Origin: Pelomyxa schiedti
Lineage: Eukaryota > Protista > Evosea
Reading direction: 5' to 3'
Assembly: GCA_020536535.1 (NCBI GenBank)
Contig: JAHLWZ010000794.1
Coordinates: 103,469 to 167,468 of the forward strand
Length of the DNA stretch: 64,000 nt
Part shown: positions 24,193 through 37,623 of the stretch, piece after piece
How positions within the stretch are numbered: the first letter of the stretch is position 1
Layout: each line of letters begins with the position of its first letter
Notes under the pieces: model-generated
What the model saw: only the letters and a program-made list of their open reading frames with translations
The model's database searches: none
Told to the model about the DNA's origin: nothing
Made by a program: the position numbers and the translations under genes

Positions 24193-26847
24193 ATGGGCAA
24201 ATTAATGTCTGAGGGTGCAGAGAAGTTCGGGGAGACTGAAGAGTCTTGCAAGGGTCCCCCAGAGAGTAGATATGAGATGGTTCCCTTTGTTCTCCTAGGC
24301 AGGACAGCCTGGGCTGATCGTAGATTTCGTTCGTTCACGAAAAAAAATCTTGCCCAAATCGAAAGAAAGTGCCTTTTTTTTTTCTCTTTTCTGCAACGAA
24401 AAAAGGGGTGACAACACCGGTGCCACTGGTGAGATCGTGTCTGAGACAAAGATTCAGGTGACAAACAAGAATACAAATGGCTGCACAAGGAGGGAGGACG
24501 ACGGCGGAGCGTAGAAAAATGTTCGTCAAGAGCGTCAGCGTCGCGTCGGCCACACCCGTCACTGACAACAGTTTCGAGTGAGTTTTTTTATTTTCCTCTC
24601 AATTTTCTGGGCCTTGGGGGCCATTGCACTCATTGTGGCATGTTGATTGCCTTTGTTTTTGCGATGCAATGCGTGCTTTTGACACGTTTGATTTATTAGC
24701 GTGCATTACCTTCTGTAACGCCACGAAAAACAAAAGATGTATAACTGCAGAGAAAGATTATAGTGGACTCATGCCACGGTCAGTGGGTACTGAAAGACCC
24801 GTTCCAGTGAGTAAAACGGAAACAAACATATGGGCAACACGTCCTTCAATCTTATTGTATTTTATTGTAGGCTGTTCCGATACCAGAAACACGCTTTTTA
24901 ACACCAGAGATTCTATTTTCTGATGACACAAAACCAAATATTACTTTATTGGCATCTCATATTTCCAGAGAAGGTTATTCCTCTTTTCTTTTGTTTACTT
25001 TCCCTAATGGATTTTCTTCTTTCCTTAGGGAAACTTGAGGTCTCTGCAGCTGTAGAGCTTATCCACCAATGCAAGGCAATTTTAGCATCAGAACCAAATG
25101 TCTTGGAGCTGAAAGCCCCACTAACAAGTTTCTTCCCTCTTTTGATTGCTTGGTATTAAATTGCTCTACAGTCTTTGGTGATTTGCATGGTCAGTTTTAT
25201 GACCTCTATGCAACACTAGGTGACCTGAAGTCCCTTGCAAATACTCAACTTCTTTTTCTTGGGGATTATGTTGATAGAGGTTTAAACCAGTAATGAGTCC
25301 GTTTTCTTATTAATTACAGGAAATTTTTCTATTGAAATCATGTTCCTCCTGATGGCACTCAAAATACAGTACCCTAACAATGTGTGGCTATTACGAGGCA
25401 ATCACGAGACCCGAATGATGGCCGAATACATGACATTTGCCCTTGAGTGTAGGTCTAAATCTAAGCTAATGAATCCAATAGAAGGAATTATTTCCCCTAA
25501 ATTTATCTAAATCAAGGTGAGCACAAATATTCATGTGACACCCTGTATCAAGAATTTGCCCTCCTCTTCGACACCCTTCCTCTGTGTGCAACAATTGTTT
25601 GTGACATGGGTACATATCTTGCTGTTCATGGCGGACTGAGCCCAAGTCTCATAACTGTACAAAGCATACCTTGAAATTAACATGTGATGTAACCAATGGT
25701 TCATGCAGTTAAACGACATCCGTGCTCTCAATAGATTTAGAGAGCCTGAAACTGAGGGCCCCCTTTGGTGCGCCAAATCCTTGTTTTCTTTCTCTTACAT
25801 TTTTACGTAGCGATTTACTTTGGTCTGACCCTTTAGATGATCCAACTCCAACAACAAACATGCAGGTTTACTTTTGAAGAAAATCATTAGGAACGCTCTC
25901 ATGCATTTCTAGGCCTGGTTAGATACCAGATACGTGGAAAATACACCACGCCAAACCTCTTGGTTTTACGGCCCACGTGCAATAATGACATTCCTTCAGC
26001 AAAATGACTTGATTGGAATCATTCGTGCCCATCAAGTCGTAGAAGGGGGATATAAGGTTAGATACCTCTTTCAATCTTTATGATTCTTATCAAAATTTAG
26101 GAACACTACGCTAAGCCTCTCCAAGGTCCACCACCAGTGATAACTTTATTTTCCTGCCCAAATTATTGTGATATGTATCACAATAAGGTTTCTATTCTGA
26201 TCTTGTCATCCTGCCTCACAAATACAGGCGGCCATCATGATTTTGAATGAAAATAGCTACAAGTTTTATCAGTTTACAGAAACTTCACATCCTTTTTATT
26301 TCCCCGACTTCGCGGATGCCTTTTCCTATGGACTTCCTTTTCTGATGGAATCAAGTATGGCTAAGTTCACCTGAGTGAAAAAACCTTACCTCTCAAAACA
26401 GTGGTGAGTGTATTGGCCGATCTTGTCATTGCCATCAAGGAGGAACCAATCGAATCAGTTTCTCCCACTGAACGGGACATGGATGTTGCCTTGACAGACA
26501 AACTATCCAAATTGCGAACCACACTCAAACTTCAAGAAATCAAGTATCCATACAAAAAAGGATTCTGCCATATCACTTATCTAACATAGGCGAGAAAGAC
26601 TTGACAGATTAAGGCAAAGTATGCTTGCTTCTGATCACGGTATGCCCACAACGAATAGCAAAATTCCGGGTCTTTTCCTAAACATTAATACCTACATATT
26701 CCAGATCTTTCTCTCTTTGATAGAGTGAGACTGGGTGACCAGGTGAACGAACAAGCACCAAGGAGAAAAACACCCACAAAAAGCGCAAGGCGGCCACTTC
26801 AAAGAACAAGTTCTCTCACAGTTATCACTGACACATCCGGCATATAG
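24193..26847 (+). CDS. Ser/Thr protein phosphatase, calcineurin A (PP2B)-like
   Basis: [46 protein letters not shown]; TERPVP/AVP N-terminus; [18 protein letters not shown] matches the CnB-binding helix. First exon uncertain. Confidence 0.9.
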
Positions 26848-26946
26848 AATTAACAGCAAACCATGTGTGATGATTTTGCAAGATAAAACCCAACTTGTTA
26901 TTCTTTTTATTCTTTTTGCGTTATGGCAAGGCACTATAAACAGACA

Positions 26947-28265
26947 TCAAGATGATTTCCAGGACTCGTCACACGTGGGGCATTTTCCGTTGTCCTGAAA
27001 CCATCGCCTTGCACAGTGTTTGTGCAAACGAGTCCTACAAGCCTCATGTGGGCAGATACGGGCCTATTGGTGTTTATGTTAAGGTAATGCTTCCTATATT
27101 TTAGATAGTGGGAGTGGTCAAACCTGAAACACAAACAAGTGGCAGAGAGGACACTCAGGCGGGGAGTCATTACAAGCTTCACTCAAATATTGTCCCAATT
27201 CAGCCATTGTACGCCTGCCAAGTGACACCAGTTTTCCTGCTGCGTCTGTACTCAACCAGTTGTCCTGTGGAAGTTTTAAAAACTACAAAATAGCAAGTGC
27301 AGCGAAACCTGTACAAGGAGGTCGAGAACAGGCTTCGCATCTTTAATGTCTTCACATGCACTAAGTGCTTCAGAGATCGGTATCACTCCTGGATTTGCAG
27401 GGTTGTCACTTGTCACATTTTCTGCTATTTTCTCGATCTATTGGTTGACTTCAGTATCAGACTAGGTTTTATTATTACTGTGGAGTGATATATTGTTGTT
27501 ATTGTTGTTTTAGTTCTATGCACTATGAACAATTGTCCTGAAGAATTTCAAGTCATTTGGGCTGTAAGGAGACTGGCCAGGTGCTGGTTGGATTACATCA
27601 TCACTCTTTGCAGTTGACACCAGAGCCCAAAATTTTACCCCAGAAGTCTCACACAGCTGCGAACGAATTTCCATTGAAGCAACACCAATAGTTTCATTAA
27701 TGTCCTTGATCATTTTCTCCAGAATGGCAATGCGCTGGTTTGTGCCTAAAAAGGAACGCACATGCACAATAAGCACACTCCCATCACTTTACTAGTAGAG
27801 GTAATCTACACTGCAAAGATATAGCGCAGAAGTGTAAGAGGGAAGTTGTTTGGTGGGCAGTGTGTAGTCCCAACCCGCATCAGCAGGCAACAAAGACAGG
27901 GGCGTCATTTCGGCCATAGTCATCACCCTCCTGGACATGAACACCTGCAGCAGCGCCTGCGTCCTCTGTTGCATCGTGAACACCCCTCCTCCCCCTCCCC
28001 CTCCCCCTCCCCCGCCCCCGCCTCCGCCTCCTCCGCCGCCTGTTGCTCCCATCGCACCACCCCCCGTTGGCCCTGCTGCCGCTGCCGACCCCTGCTGCTG
28101 CTGTTGCTGCTGCTGCTGCAGGCGTGTCTGGGGGCCGCCTGTCGCGGGGCGGGAGGGCTGCGTGGGCTGGGAGGCCCGCGACGAAGGCGGGGGAGGCGTG
28201 GCCTCTGGTGCCGCCGCCGTCTGCTGCCTGCGCGCGTGTGGCCGGTGCTGTGGTGTGGATTGCAT
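26947..28265 (-). CDS. NSE1: NSE1 (SMC5/6 complex non-SMC element 1) with C-terminal RING
   Basis: QALLQVFMSRRVM; IKDINETI...MEIR...FWALV; YSPNDLKFFRTIV; C-terminal CEAC..RLHKHC..WF....CPTC...W. Confidence 0.85.
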
Positions 28266-28474
28266 TTTGTCTTGTAATTGGGAAATCCCTGATCTGGTGG
28301 TGGCTAGTCCCAGCGTCTTGGTGGCTTCACTCCCACAGACTGTTACAACAGTGAGAACATGGTTCCACGCCGAGCACTGTCGAACATGGGAAGATCTGGG
28401 TCGTTAAGGGAGTGACAGCACAAGAAAGAAACGATCGAAACGATCAGATTGTTATTGGGTCGTTCCTAGATTGG

Positions 28475-31400
28475 ATGGGGGCGCAGCCGTCGATGATCGG
28501 GAGCATAGGGGCGCCGAGCGTGCCCCCCGAGGTCGTGTCTGTTGCGCCGTCGGCGAGTGGGGACGTGACCGCGCCGAGGCACGAGATGCCGTCGTTCATA
28601 CAGGACGTGAGCGACAAGGCCGTGGCTGGGATGGCCAAGGACCCTCCGAGGTCCCTCGCTGTATGCACTCTTGGTTTTTTTTTTGTTGTTGATTATGGGT
28701 TCTTCCTTGGTTCGTTATTGTGTGGAAGGGACTCCTTTGTTTATTTTTTTTTTTTCGTTGTTGACTTGGTACGGTTTGGATGCTGTAGATAACCTTGTGG
28801 AATGACACGGACGTTGACCTAGAGTTGATCCCCCCAGCAAAGTTGTTATCTGGCGATTTTTGGAACGGAATGTCGCCGCCCTTGAAAGTCAAAGTATGTT
28901 GGTTCGCCCGCAATGCCAAAGTAGTTCTCAAATGGGCTATTTAGGCACAAGGTGTGGAGGTATTTGCCACGCGAGGCACCAAGCTGTTAATTCGCTGCAC
29001 TGCAGCCTCGGGATCGGCTCAATATAGACTGGCTTTTGGCAACTCCAGGTTATTGCCTCTTAGTTGGTACTAATTTTCTTCTGAAACTCTTTTCCACAGA
29101 CCTATTCTAACTGTTGAGGTTTAACCCCCTTATGTATCTTTTCCTTCATTTTAGTCTTATAATTAGTGGGAACTTCTGGCAGGCAGTGGTGGATTTGGTC
29201 TGAAAGTAACTGCTGAGAGTCCAGACTCGTATAAGGTTAGTTCGATCTGCTACTTAGCACTCTAACAAAAAAAAACCTCAACTTAGGCAGCTGTTTTTCC
29301 GCAAACAGGGCATACTGAGCACCATTATAGATGCACAATACGGTTCCATGCTGTCTCTGGTGTTTTGACACAGGGCACCTCCGATAAATTGGTCACCAAG
29401 ACACATTGTAGGAAACAACACCCACTTTAAGTTGACTTACACTCAACAGTTAGGGCACAAGAACTTGCCATCTTGCATGATCAATTCATAAAGGCATGCT
29501 GCCCCTACACAGAAATGACGGAGGGCAAATTTGTACAACTGTTTCCTGAACTCAATAATCCTGTGGTTGTCCACTCCATTTTCAAAGTATTTGACAGTAC
29601 TGTTACCAGTGACAACCAAATATCATTTGAGGAATTTGCCAGTGTCTTGAGGTTGTCTATTATGCTCTCCTGTTGATATCTAACAGCCCAACTTTCTAGT
29701 ATAATGGCACACGGAAGTGCCCAAGAGAAAGCAGAACGTATGTATGAAGCTTGCCACTTGCACAACACTTATTGTTTTCCTCACTAGTGGCCTACAACAT
29801 GTGCGACCTCAATAAAGATGGAACGGTAGAGCGTCAGGAGGTTCTTCAAGTGGCTCTGCAACTCAGTTCAGTGATGATTCAGCTGGGGTTTAGCACCGAC
29901 ACGTATGGGCAGGCTGAGTTATGTGTTCAAAATGTATTTCGAAAGTTCACTGTAGGAAGGGACTTTGCCCCAGGCCATGGTTCTTTTCCATTCCTTTTTC
30001 TTTGGGTTTAACTGAAAAACTTTCCTTCTCCTTTTCCACAGCAACAACCCCTGTGAACAAACCGACTACTCCTGATGCAGAAGATGCTTTTAAAGATTCA
30101 TTAACCAAGGAAGAGTTTGTCACCAGAGCCATGAACGAGGATGCAGGTTATCAGCACGTCCATATTTGCCTTTACTGAAAATTTATAGATTTTTTGACGT
30201 GCTTTGGGCTATTTGATTATTTCAAGGAGAAAATAGTCACTCCAATAGAAAAAACACTTGCCACTGGGAGTCCTGTAATGGAATATGGTGGTTGGATGTT
30301 AAAAGTGCGTACTACAAAACAAACATGCACAAAACTTGGAGTAGTTAGCTCACTTTTTTCCAAAGACCAATCCTTTTCTCAATGTTCTCACAAATACTCA
30401 ACAACGAAGGTACACCTGTGCTAAACTCTCTGACTGTAACCCGTGTTAGGTACTTTTACCTGCGAGGTCCATTTTTGGGCTATGGAAAAACAGAAACTGT
30501 TCGTATCCCACCAGTGCTCCTCCTCTTTTGTTGGTAGTGATTGTTATAGGATGCTCCAATTAATGTTGTTCACATTGGGGGGTCACAAGTAAGACCTGCA
30601 ACAAATAACATCATGCACCTTGAAACTCATAACTGGTGTGTCTTTTCAGAATGCACTCTTCTTCCGGAACTTAATTATTTTCAGGGCAAGGGCCTTCTCT
30701 GTTCCCTCAGAAGAAGAACGGTTTCCTTTTTTTTTTCTCTGTTTCTTTTTGGTTTACCGAAATAAGGGACATGTGGTTGTCATGCTTAAGAAAATGGTAC
30801 ATAACATTCTACTTTTTACCTTATTTCACCGAATCAGTGGTTCCGCTTCCAACAGATTCAAAGTGTGGATTCCTTCTCATTCCATCTAATGCCTTGTATG
30901 TAGTCTTATGCGCCAGAGAGACTATGTAATGCTCGTTGGTTTGTCTGTGGAAAAGAGGTTCACCTCAACTGTCTCAGCCCTCTCCCTCTGATTACATATA
31001 GTATTTCACTGCACTTGAACCAATTCTGAATAGAGCCGTAAGCAGAATAATGGTACGGAAATATGCAGTAGTTACAGATCTAATCTAAGAAGATTTGTGA
31101 CTGGTGCCTCTCCCCTGAAGTGTATCTGAAAAGAGACTCCCCTCTTGATGATGACACCAGACTGGATAGAATCCTTCTTAAGAAAGCGATTCAAGTATTT
31201 TTTTTTTCCTTTTGCTCGCCCAATCTTAAACGGGAAGGGTGTGGAAATTTATGTTATGATTTGGAATTGCCCTCCAGTTGGCGGGTTCGATTTGCAAAGT
31301 GCTGAAGTTGTCCAATCTTTGAGGTATGGTGGCCTTTTCAATCAGGTAGCAACTAATCATGCATTAGAGCGTTGCATAACAACATTCGCGCAATAGCTCA

Positions 31401-33442
31401 CCCTTTCTTGCTGCCAATCATGTGGAGTCATCACCAAAAAGTTTTTTTCGATCTCAATGTTCTTGCCACTAACTTTTTTGTAATACAAGTTAGTTGTGGT
31501 TGATGACCAGGTTCCAAATTTTTACAAGTATGAAAAAATTAACAAGTGCAGGTTGCATTCGTTGGGGGAATAGATTTATGTTATGGACGATATGAAGAGC
31601 CATGGTCATATCCAATAGTTGAACCAACACCAAAGAGCTTCCCTGCTCATGACTACACGAACTGTGTGCTTCACCCTTCGTTATCTTTACAGGTCTTGTT
31701 CCTCACATGCTTTAGGTAATACTGTTGGAGAAACTAATGGACCTTGGACGAGAGAGGTACTGAACAGAGCAACGCAAGCAAGGTTACCCTGGCATGACAT
31801 TCACGTGCAAAGTGCGTAATTAAATAGCCTTGAACCCATGTATTGAACAATATTTAGTTGATGGTCAAGCAGCAGAGGATATTGTGGCCAGTACAGGCCC
31901 TTTTAAAATTCCTCCAATTAAGCAACACAATAATAGATTTCATTCAGAGATGGAATCATGCTATTGCTACGGCGCCCACACTCAAAGTAGCTATTCCTCC
32001 GGACTATCCATATCTAATGCCGATGGCTTTTGACTCCCCTCGGTTGCCACTCCTTCTTGAAAGTGAACAGGGTTTTACAAAGTGCTATGGTCAAGCACTT
32101 CGGTCCATCGCAAATTGGAGCTGTGGAGCACCTTTCACGGAACAGAGCATCTATAAAGCTTACCTCAGGTCTTTCTCTTCCAGATTGGATTAATTTCGTG
32201 TCCAACTGAGCGAAAAAGCCTCATACGGAATGCAAAACACTATATTTACATTGAGAACCAGTACTTCATCTCATCCCTGAATGGACAAGAACCAGAAAAT
32301 ATGCTTCTTAAGGAACTTCTTCAGAGACTCAGGAAGGCCATCACAAATAGTGAAGATTTTGTGTGTGTTGTACTTTTACCTGTTTATCCGGCTGGTGATA
32401 TTAAAGCACTTTCAACCCGCTTCATCACCAAAGCAGTTCAATGCACCATTTGTTGTGGACCCACAAGGTAGAATACATTACATTTTCTATATGATTTTCA
32501 CCCTTGCAGTTTGATTGGGATGCTTAAAAAGGAGTTTCCATCTGCCGATATACAAAAGTAGGGGCTCCAACAAAATAGTTTATTTCACATTCAAATGAAC
32601 ACAAGGTATGTTGCATTTTATGCTCTGAGAAATCATGGCATTTTGGGTGGAAATCCTATAACAGAAGGAATATACGTACACACCAAGGCTATCATCGTGG
32701 ATGACAGGAAAGTCCTCGTTGGTTCTGCAAGTACTCACAGTTTCCTTGATTGTAATATTAACAAAAGTAAGATATTAATGATCGCAGTCTTTGTGGAAAT
32801 AGGGACAGTGAGATAGCAGTTTTAATAGAAGAAAATTCTGATACGTTAATTGAATCTGTTATGGCTGGTAGGCCTTGTAAGGTAAACCCTACTTTTCCCA
32901 AAGACTGCATGTAACCAGTTCTGAGTAGGTCTCTCCATTTGCACACAGCTTGAGAGTGAGGTTATGGCGTGAATTAGCGGGTCTAGGTGAAGGAGGAGAT
33001 GCAATCCGAGACCCAATAGCATGTGCATCACTTATCCGGGAGATAGCCCGAAGAAACACTGAGATTTATCTGGATGTTTTCAAAGTATCACCCATCACCG
33101 AAAATGATTTGCTCCTAATTCCTTTCAGATACTACCGAATAACGCCGGTACTTTAGCCGAACTCTTGAAAGCTCCTACTGCCACAATGGCAGATTACCAC
33201 AAAATATGGGGTGTACAAGGTCCGCACTTCCCCTAACATTGACTTCAACACATTCACACTCCACTCTTCTTTTTTCCTCCAGGTTTCATCACAGAGTATC
33301 CCTACAAGTATATCCATCCCCATCTGCCTACCTGTGAAACATATGTATGTGACTAAATCATTGCAGGTTTTTGCAAAACGAAAATGTGACATTCTCTATT
33401 GGAGACGCAGAGTACCTCCTTCCCCGAAGTGTCTTCTTCTGA
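28475..33442 (+). CDS. Phospholipase D with MG N-terminus, beta-sandwich domain, EF-hands and PH domain
   Basis: Two HKD motifs (WSHHQK..VVD; YVHTKAIIVDD), AFVGGIDLCYGRY, RLPWHDIH, YIENQYF; EF hands DSTVTSDNQISFEEF and DLNKDGTVERQE; PH-like YGGWMLK...YFYLRG. Confidence 0.92.
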
Positions 33443-33581
33443 GAGCTGTCACAACGGACCTTCCCATAATGCCGTACTGCTTGATAGTCGAGGGCATTGG
33501 CCCCACCAAACCTCAACCGTGTAAAAAAAAAAAAAGTTTGTCACGACTTTTCGATCGCCGTAAAAACCAAAAAAAATTGCG

Positions 33582-36294
33582 ATGGACACACAGAGCACGG
33601 CACCGGGTTTTGTCGCTGTTGTACCTGCGACATCTGTTTTTGGCCTCCCATTGGTAGATCTTGCCTTTGTTTTTCCTTTCCCCAAGCTAATGTTACGTGG
33701 GTGTTGTTTTGGTGGAATTTCTTTGCCACATTTTCTAACTAACACCAGGAAAGCGCTGTATTGCCTGGCTCGGCTATCCCATTTTTGGGTACTTTCTACA
33801 ACTTATAATAATGTTGGCGTGTTTAAGAAACTCTTTCCATATTTTTGACCACGGTTTTTCTTAGTTGACAATTTGCTGTCTGTGCTGTCTTTTGTGATAC
33901 CTGCTCCAGAGGATTTGTTCACACTTGCAGTGACAGACAGTTCAGTCACTGCTTTACGCGAGAGATGGGACAGCTGGTCCATGAGTGTGGCGTCAGGGGC
34001 TGTGGCTGCCGACCCGAATGAGAGCCCAATTGTTGCCGAACCAAATTCTCGAGTGTTGGCAGCACTGCTTGTGTTATACTTGAAGAGTTTGCCACACCCT
34101 CTCATTCCCCCAAAGTACTACTGGACCTTTGAAAAAATTGCTGAAGTAGGAATGAGTGGGAGTGAAGTCCCTGCGTTGTCCATGCTTCGCCTTATTGTTC
34201 ACATGTTACCTCCCACAAACGCCAACATCGTGACTCGTATTGTCGAGTTCTTGTGTTCGACAGGGTTATCTCCTGCTCCTTTGGCAGATTTTTTTGCACA
34301 GTTCTTCTTGAGGCCCAATCTTCCATTTGAAAGTACAGGAAGTTTGCAATGTGTATGGGTAATAAATACCATGATACAAAATGCTTCATATGTTTGTTCA
34401 ACAACCAGTCAGCCAATCAACTCACCAGAAATTAGTACTGTCCAGTTCAAACTGGAAGCAATTGCAATTTACGATTTTGAAGGTTATTCTGTAATTCCAT
34501 TTCTATGTCATTTTAATAACACCTCACCACAGAAGAGGGCATGAATTTGCAGAAGGGTGACCTAGTGACTCTGCTCAATCTGCATCCTGGGGATTGGGTG
34601 GAAGGGTTTGCAAAGAAAGATCCCTCCAAAGTTGGCTACATGCCATTAGCCTTTCTTGAGGTTGTTTCATTACCTCAACCAGACTCTGCAACAGTCCCAC
34701 CTCTTGTCGAGGAAACGGCACCTACTGTTCTGCCCCCAGATGATGTGGTACCACCTGTGGACGATCTTGTTTCACCACCCGTACCACCCACAGAGCTTTC
34801 TCCACCTCTACCACCAGCCGATCCTTCCCCTATACCTCCTGATTTGCTGCCACCTCCGGACACAACATTTGATGAGTTCGATTTAGCACCGGAGCCACCT
34901 CCAATTGATGTTACTGGACCAATTGAACCGGAAATTTATGACATTCCACCTGAGTCAAGCCTTGAAGAAGCACCGGACCCCAACACTGACTTGGAGCCAG
35001 ACATAATTATTATTCCACCATCTGAGGAACTTCCAGAAGCGGAAAGTCCTCTTTCGACAGACACTTCCGCCAATGTCTCCGTAGCCCCGCAGGCTGGATG
35101 CGCAGATTTGCTGGCGTTATTGAGCGAAGCACCCTCCCCTTTTGACTTTGAGGCCAATACCCCGCTTCCAGACGACACAGATGAAGCACCTTCACCCAGA
35201 AACTCCCTTGATGACGGAATTGTCATTCTAGACACTCCAGATAAATATGTATCAAGTTTCAACTTAATTTGCTTTTCACACCATTTAGGGTAATACTCAA
35301 GTGAGTTCATCTCTACCACCTACACAAATACAGCCGGTAACACCGCTCGCTCCCTCTTCAACGACTACACTACAAGCACAGACACAATCTCAACCAACAT
35401 CCTCTCCCACCGTGGCCAAGCCATCAAGTACCGGCACTCCTACTACTCCCGCAGAGCATTCTTCCACGGGTTCTCCTGTGGCATCTCCAGCAGTGTCCAG
35501 TTCGGCTGGTCCTGCAGCCTCCGACCCGAAGGCCAACCGCAAACAGCCAAAAGTTCCAATGAAAGAGGAAGAACGGAAAGCCATGCTAACTCAACCCAGC
35601 AGTGCAAATGCATTCAAAGTTGTGGTTATAGGGAGTGGAGGTGTTGGAAAGTCTGCAGTCACGATCTCCTTCGTCCAAAACCATTTTATTGGTAAGCTTC
35701 ACTTTTTTTCCCCCTTGTGCCTCATGAAATTTATAGCGGAATATGATCCCACAATTGAAGATTCATACCGCAAACAAGTTACCGTCGATGACACACCTGT
35801 AGTTTTATCAATTATGGATACGGCTGGGCAAGAAGAGTAAGAGAAATTAAGGAAGCATTCATTTCTCAAACTATCCAGATACTCAGCAATGCGAGACCAA
35901 TACATGCGTTACGGCGACGGGTTCCTCATTGTGTTCGCACTCACAACACGCTCAAGCTTTCTGGATGTACAACGCCTTCACCAGCACGTAATTGAAGTAA
36001 AGGATGAGCCATACCCAACAGTTCTTGTCGGCAACAAAGCAGACATGGTCAATTCTTACCAGGTGACTGATTTACTCAACCAAATTCGTTCTCACCTTCG
36101 GCACTCAGGTCACTCTCGATGAAGGACAAAAGCTGGGTGAAAAACTTGGTGTGCCCTATCTGACTGTCTCGGCAAAAACGCACACCAACATCATTGATGC
36201 ATTCAATACCCTTGTGCGTGTCATGAGGAAATTCACCCCCATTGTTCACGCGAAGCCCAAGAAGCAGAAATTGGGCAGGTGTTCAATTCTATAA
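33582..36294 (+). CDS. RhoGAP-like + SH3 + Pro/acidic linker + Ras GTPase fusion ending in CAAX
   Basis: VFGLPL; [19 protein letters not shown]; AIAIYDF...LQKGD...DWVEG...GYMPLAFL; [30 protein letters not shown]; ends [13 protein letters not shown]. Confidence 0.85.
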
Positions 36295-36714
36295 AAGTCA
36301 ACATAAGTTCCGCCACAATCGCAAAATGTGTTAAACAACAAAAAGACTTTACAACGATCCCATTTGTTACTTACGCTATTGCTACTGGCGAATTCCTCAC
36401 CCATAGCAATACCGTCCGTGTTATCTGTAACGATAATAGAAGTGCCCTCGTTCGAACTCGCGAAACAGGGTCGGTAAGGGCGTACCTATTGATTCCATTG
36501 CTTAATAACAACAGACGACGTCAAGGAGCGAAAGAACATGACTAGGTTTGCTTTTCTCTAGGAAAGGGAAAAGCTCACCAACATTTGGTGTGAAAAGGGA
36601 CTGGGTATCCCTTGTCTGGCCTCTGACTAGAAATTTTGGCCCACATATCAGATTCCCTCCAGTCGCGGGCGATGCCTTCTCCACTCTCATACAGAACAGA
36701 AATGTGTGCACAAG

Positions 36715-37241
36715 CTAGAGGGACACACAGCTTCCACATGTCGGATTAGCTTTGTGCAGAAGCTCCATTAACTCACGCCGGTTCCAGCCACTTTTCCCTG
36801 AAAAATGAAGAGTGCCAGCAAAAACGCAGAGTATGGGCAGCACCGTCACCGCCAGTCTTGGATCACAGCATTATTAAGATGATAAACGGCTTGGGGGATT
36901 GTATGTAGACCGGCCTTCAGGCACATGTGCGCCATCCATTCATGAGCCGCAGCAATTCCTTGTGAGGCTTGTTGCATCAGATTCATTGCCAGTGCCTCAT
37001 TTTGTTCGACTCCTTGTCCCTTTAGATAGAAGATTCCAGCATAAAACTGGGCCTCGGTGTGCCCTGCTTCAGCAACCAATGACAACAGCTTTTCGGTAGT
37101 TCTGCGCTCGAAATGTTCCCTCCAGATACAACGTGGCAAACGTGAAAACGGCAGGGATGAATTTCTGTGAGACAGACTTGCGAAGGTACCGGTACTCCAC
37201 GTGGTCATCACTGCCAGATTGCAAAACTGGAATTGATCCAT
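36715..37241 (-). CDS. SEL1-like repeat protein
   Basis: AEAGHTEAQFYAGIFYLKGQGVEQNEALAMNLMQQAS. Confidence 0.7.
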
Positions 37242-37623
37242 CCTATCGCCGCCATCAGCAGCACTGCCTCATAGGTGCTTTGATTCTTGTACAAGAGGAA
37301 TGGGATTCAGCGAATGATTCAAGTTGGGTTGTGACGAGAAGAGGAGGAGTTGGGCACAACACATTGGAAAGAAGTGAAAGACAGAACTTGTGCATCAAAA
37401 TAAGGGTAACTTTTTTTTTGGAACAAGTGTACAATATAGAATTTGACAAGAATTCACAATGGGTAAATGAGGTTGTCTGTACAGTAAAGTGAGGCAGTGT
37501 GTTTCTTTATTCTGTAATCCCTGCATTTCATTGGCGTAAGTTTTCTGCATATTTTTCCATTATTCTATTAAGGGGCAACAACCACAGTGCCTCACACAAC
37601 TAGTTAGTGTGGTTTGATTTGAC

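Noticed and set aside
36440-36485. GTTCGAAC B-box-like motif in a small stem; possible tRNA
   Set aside because: Cannot form a cloverleaf; too short and no A-box or D-arm seen
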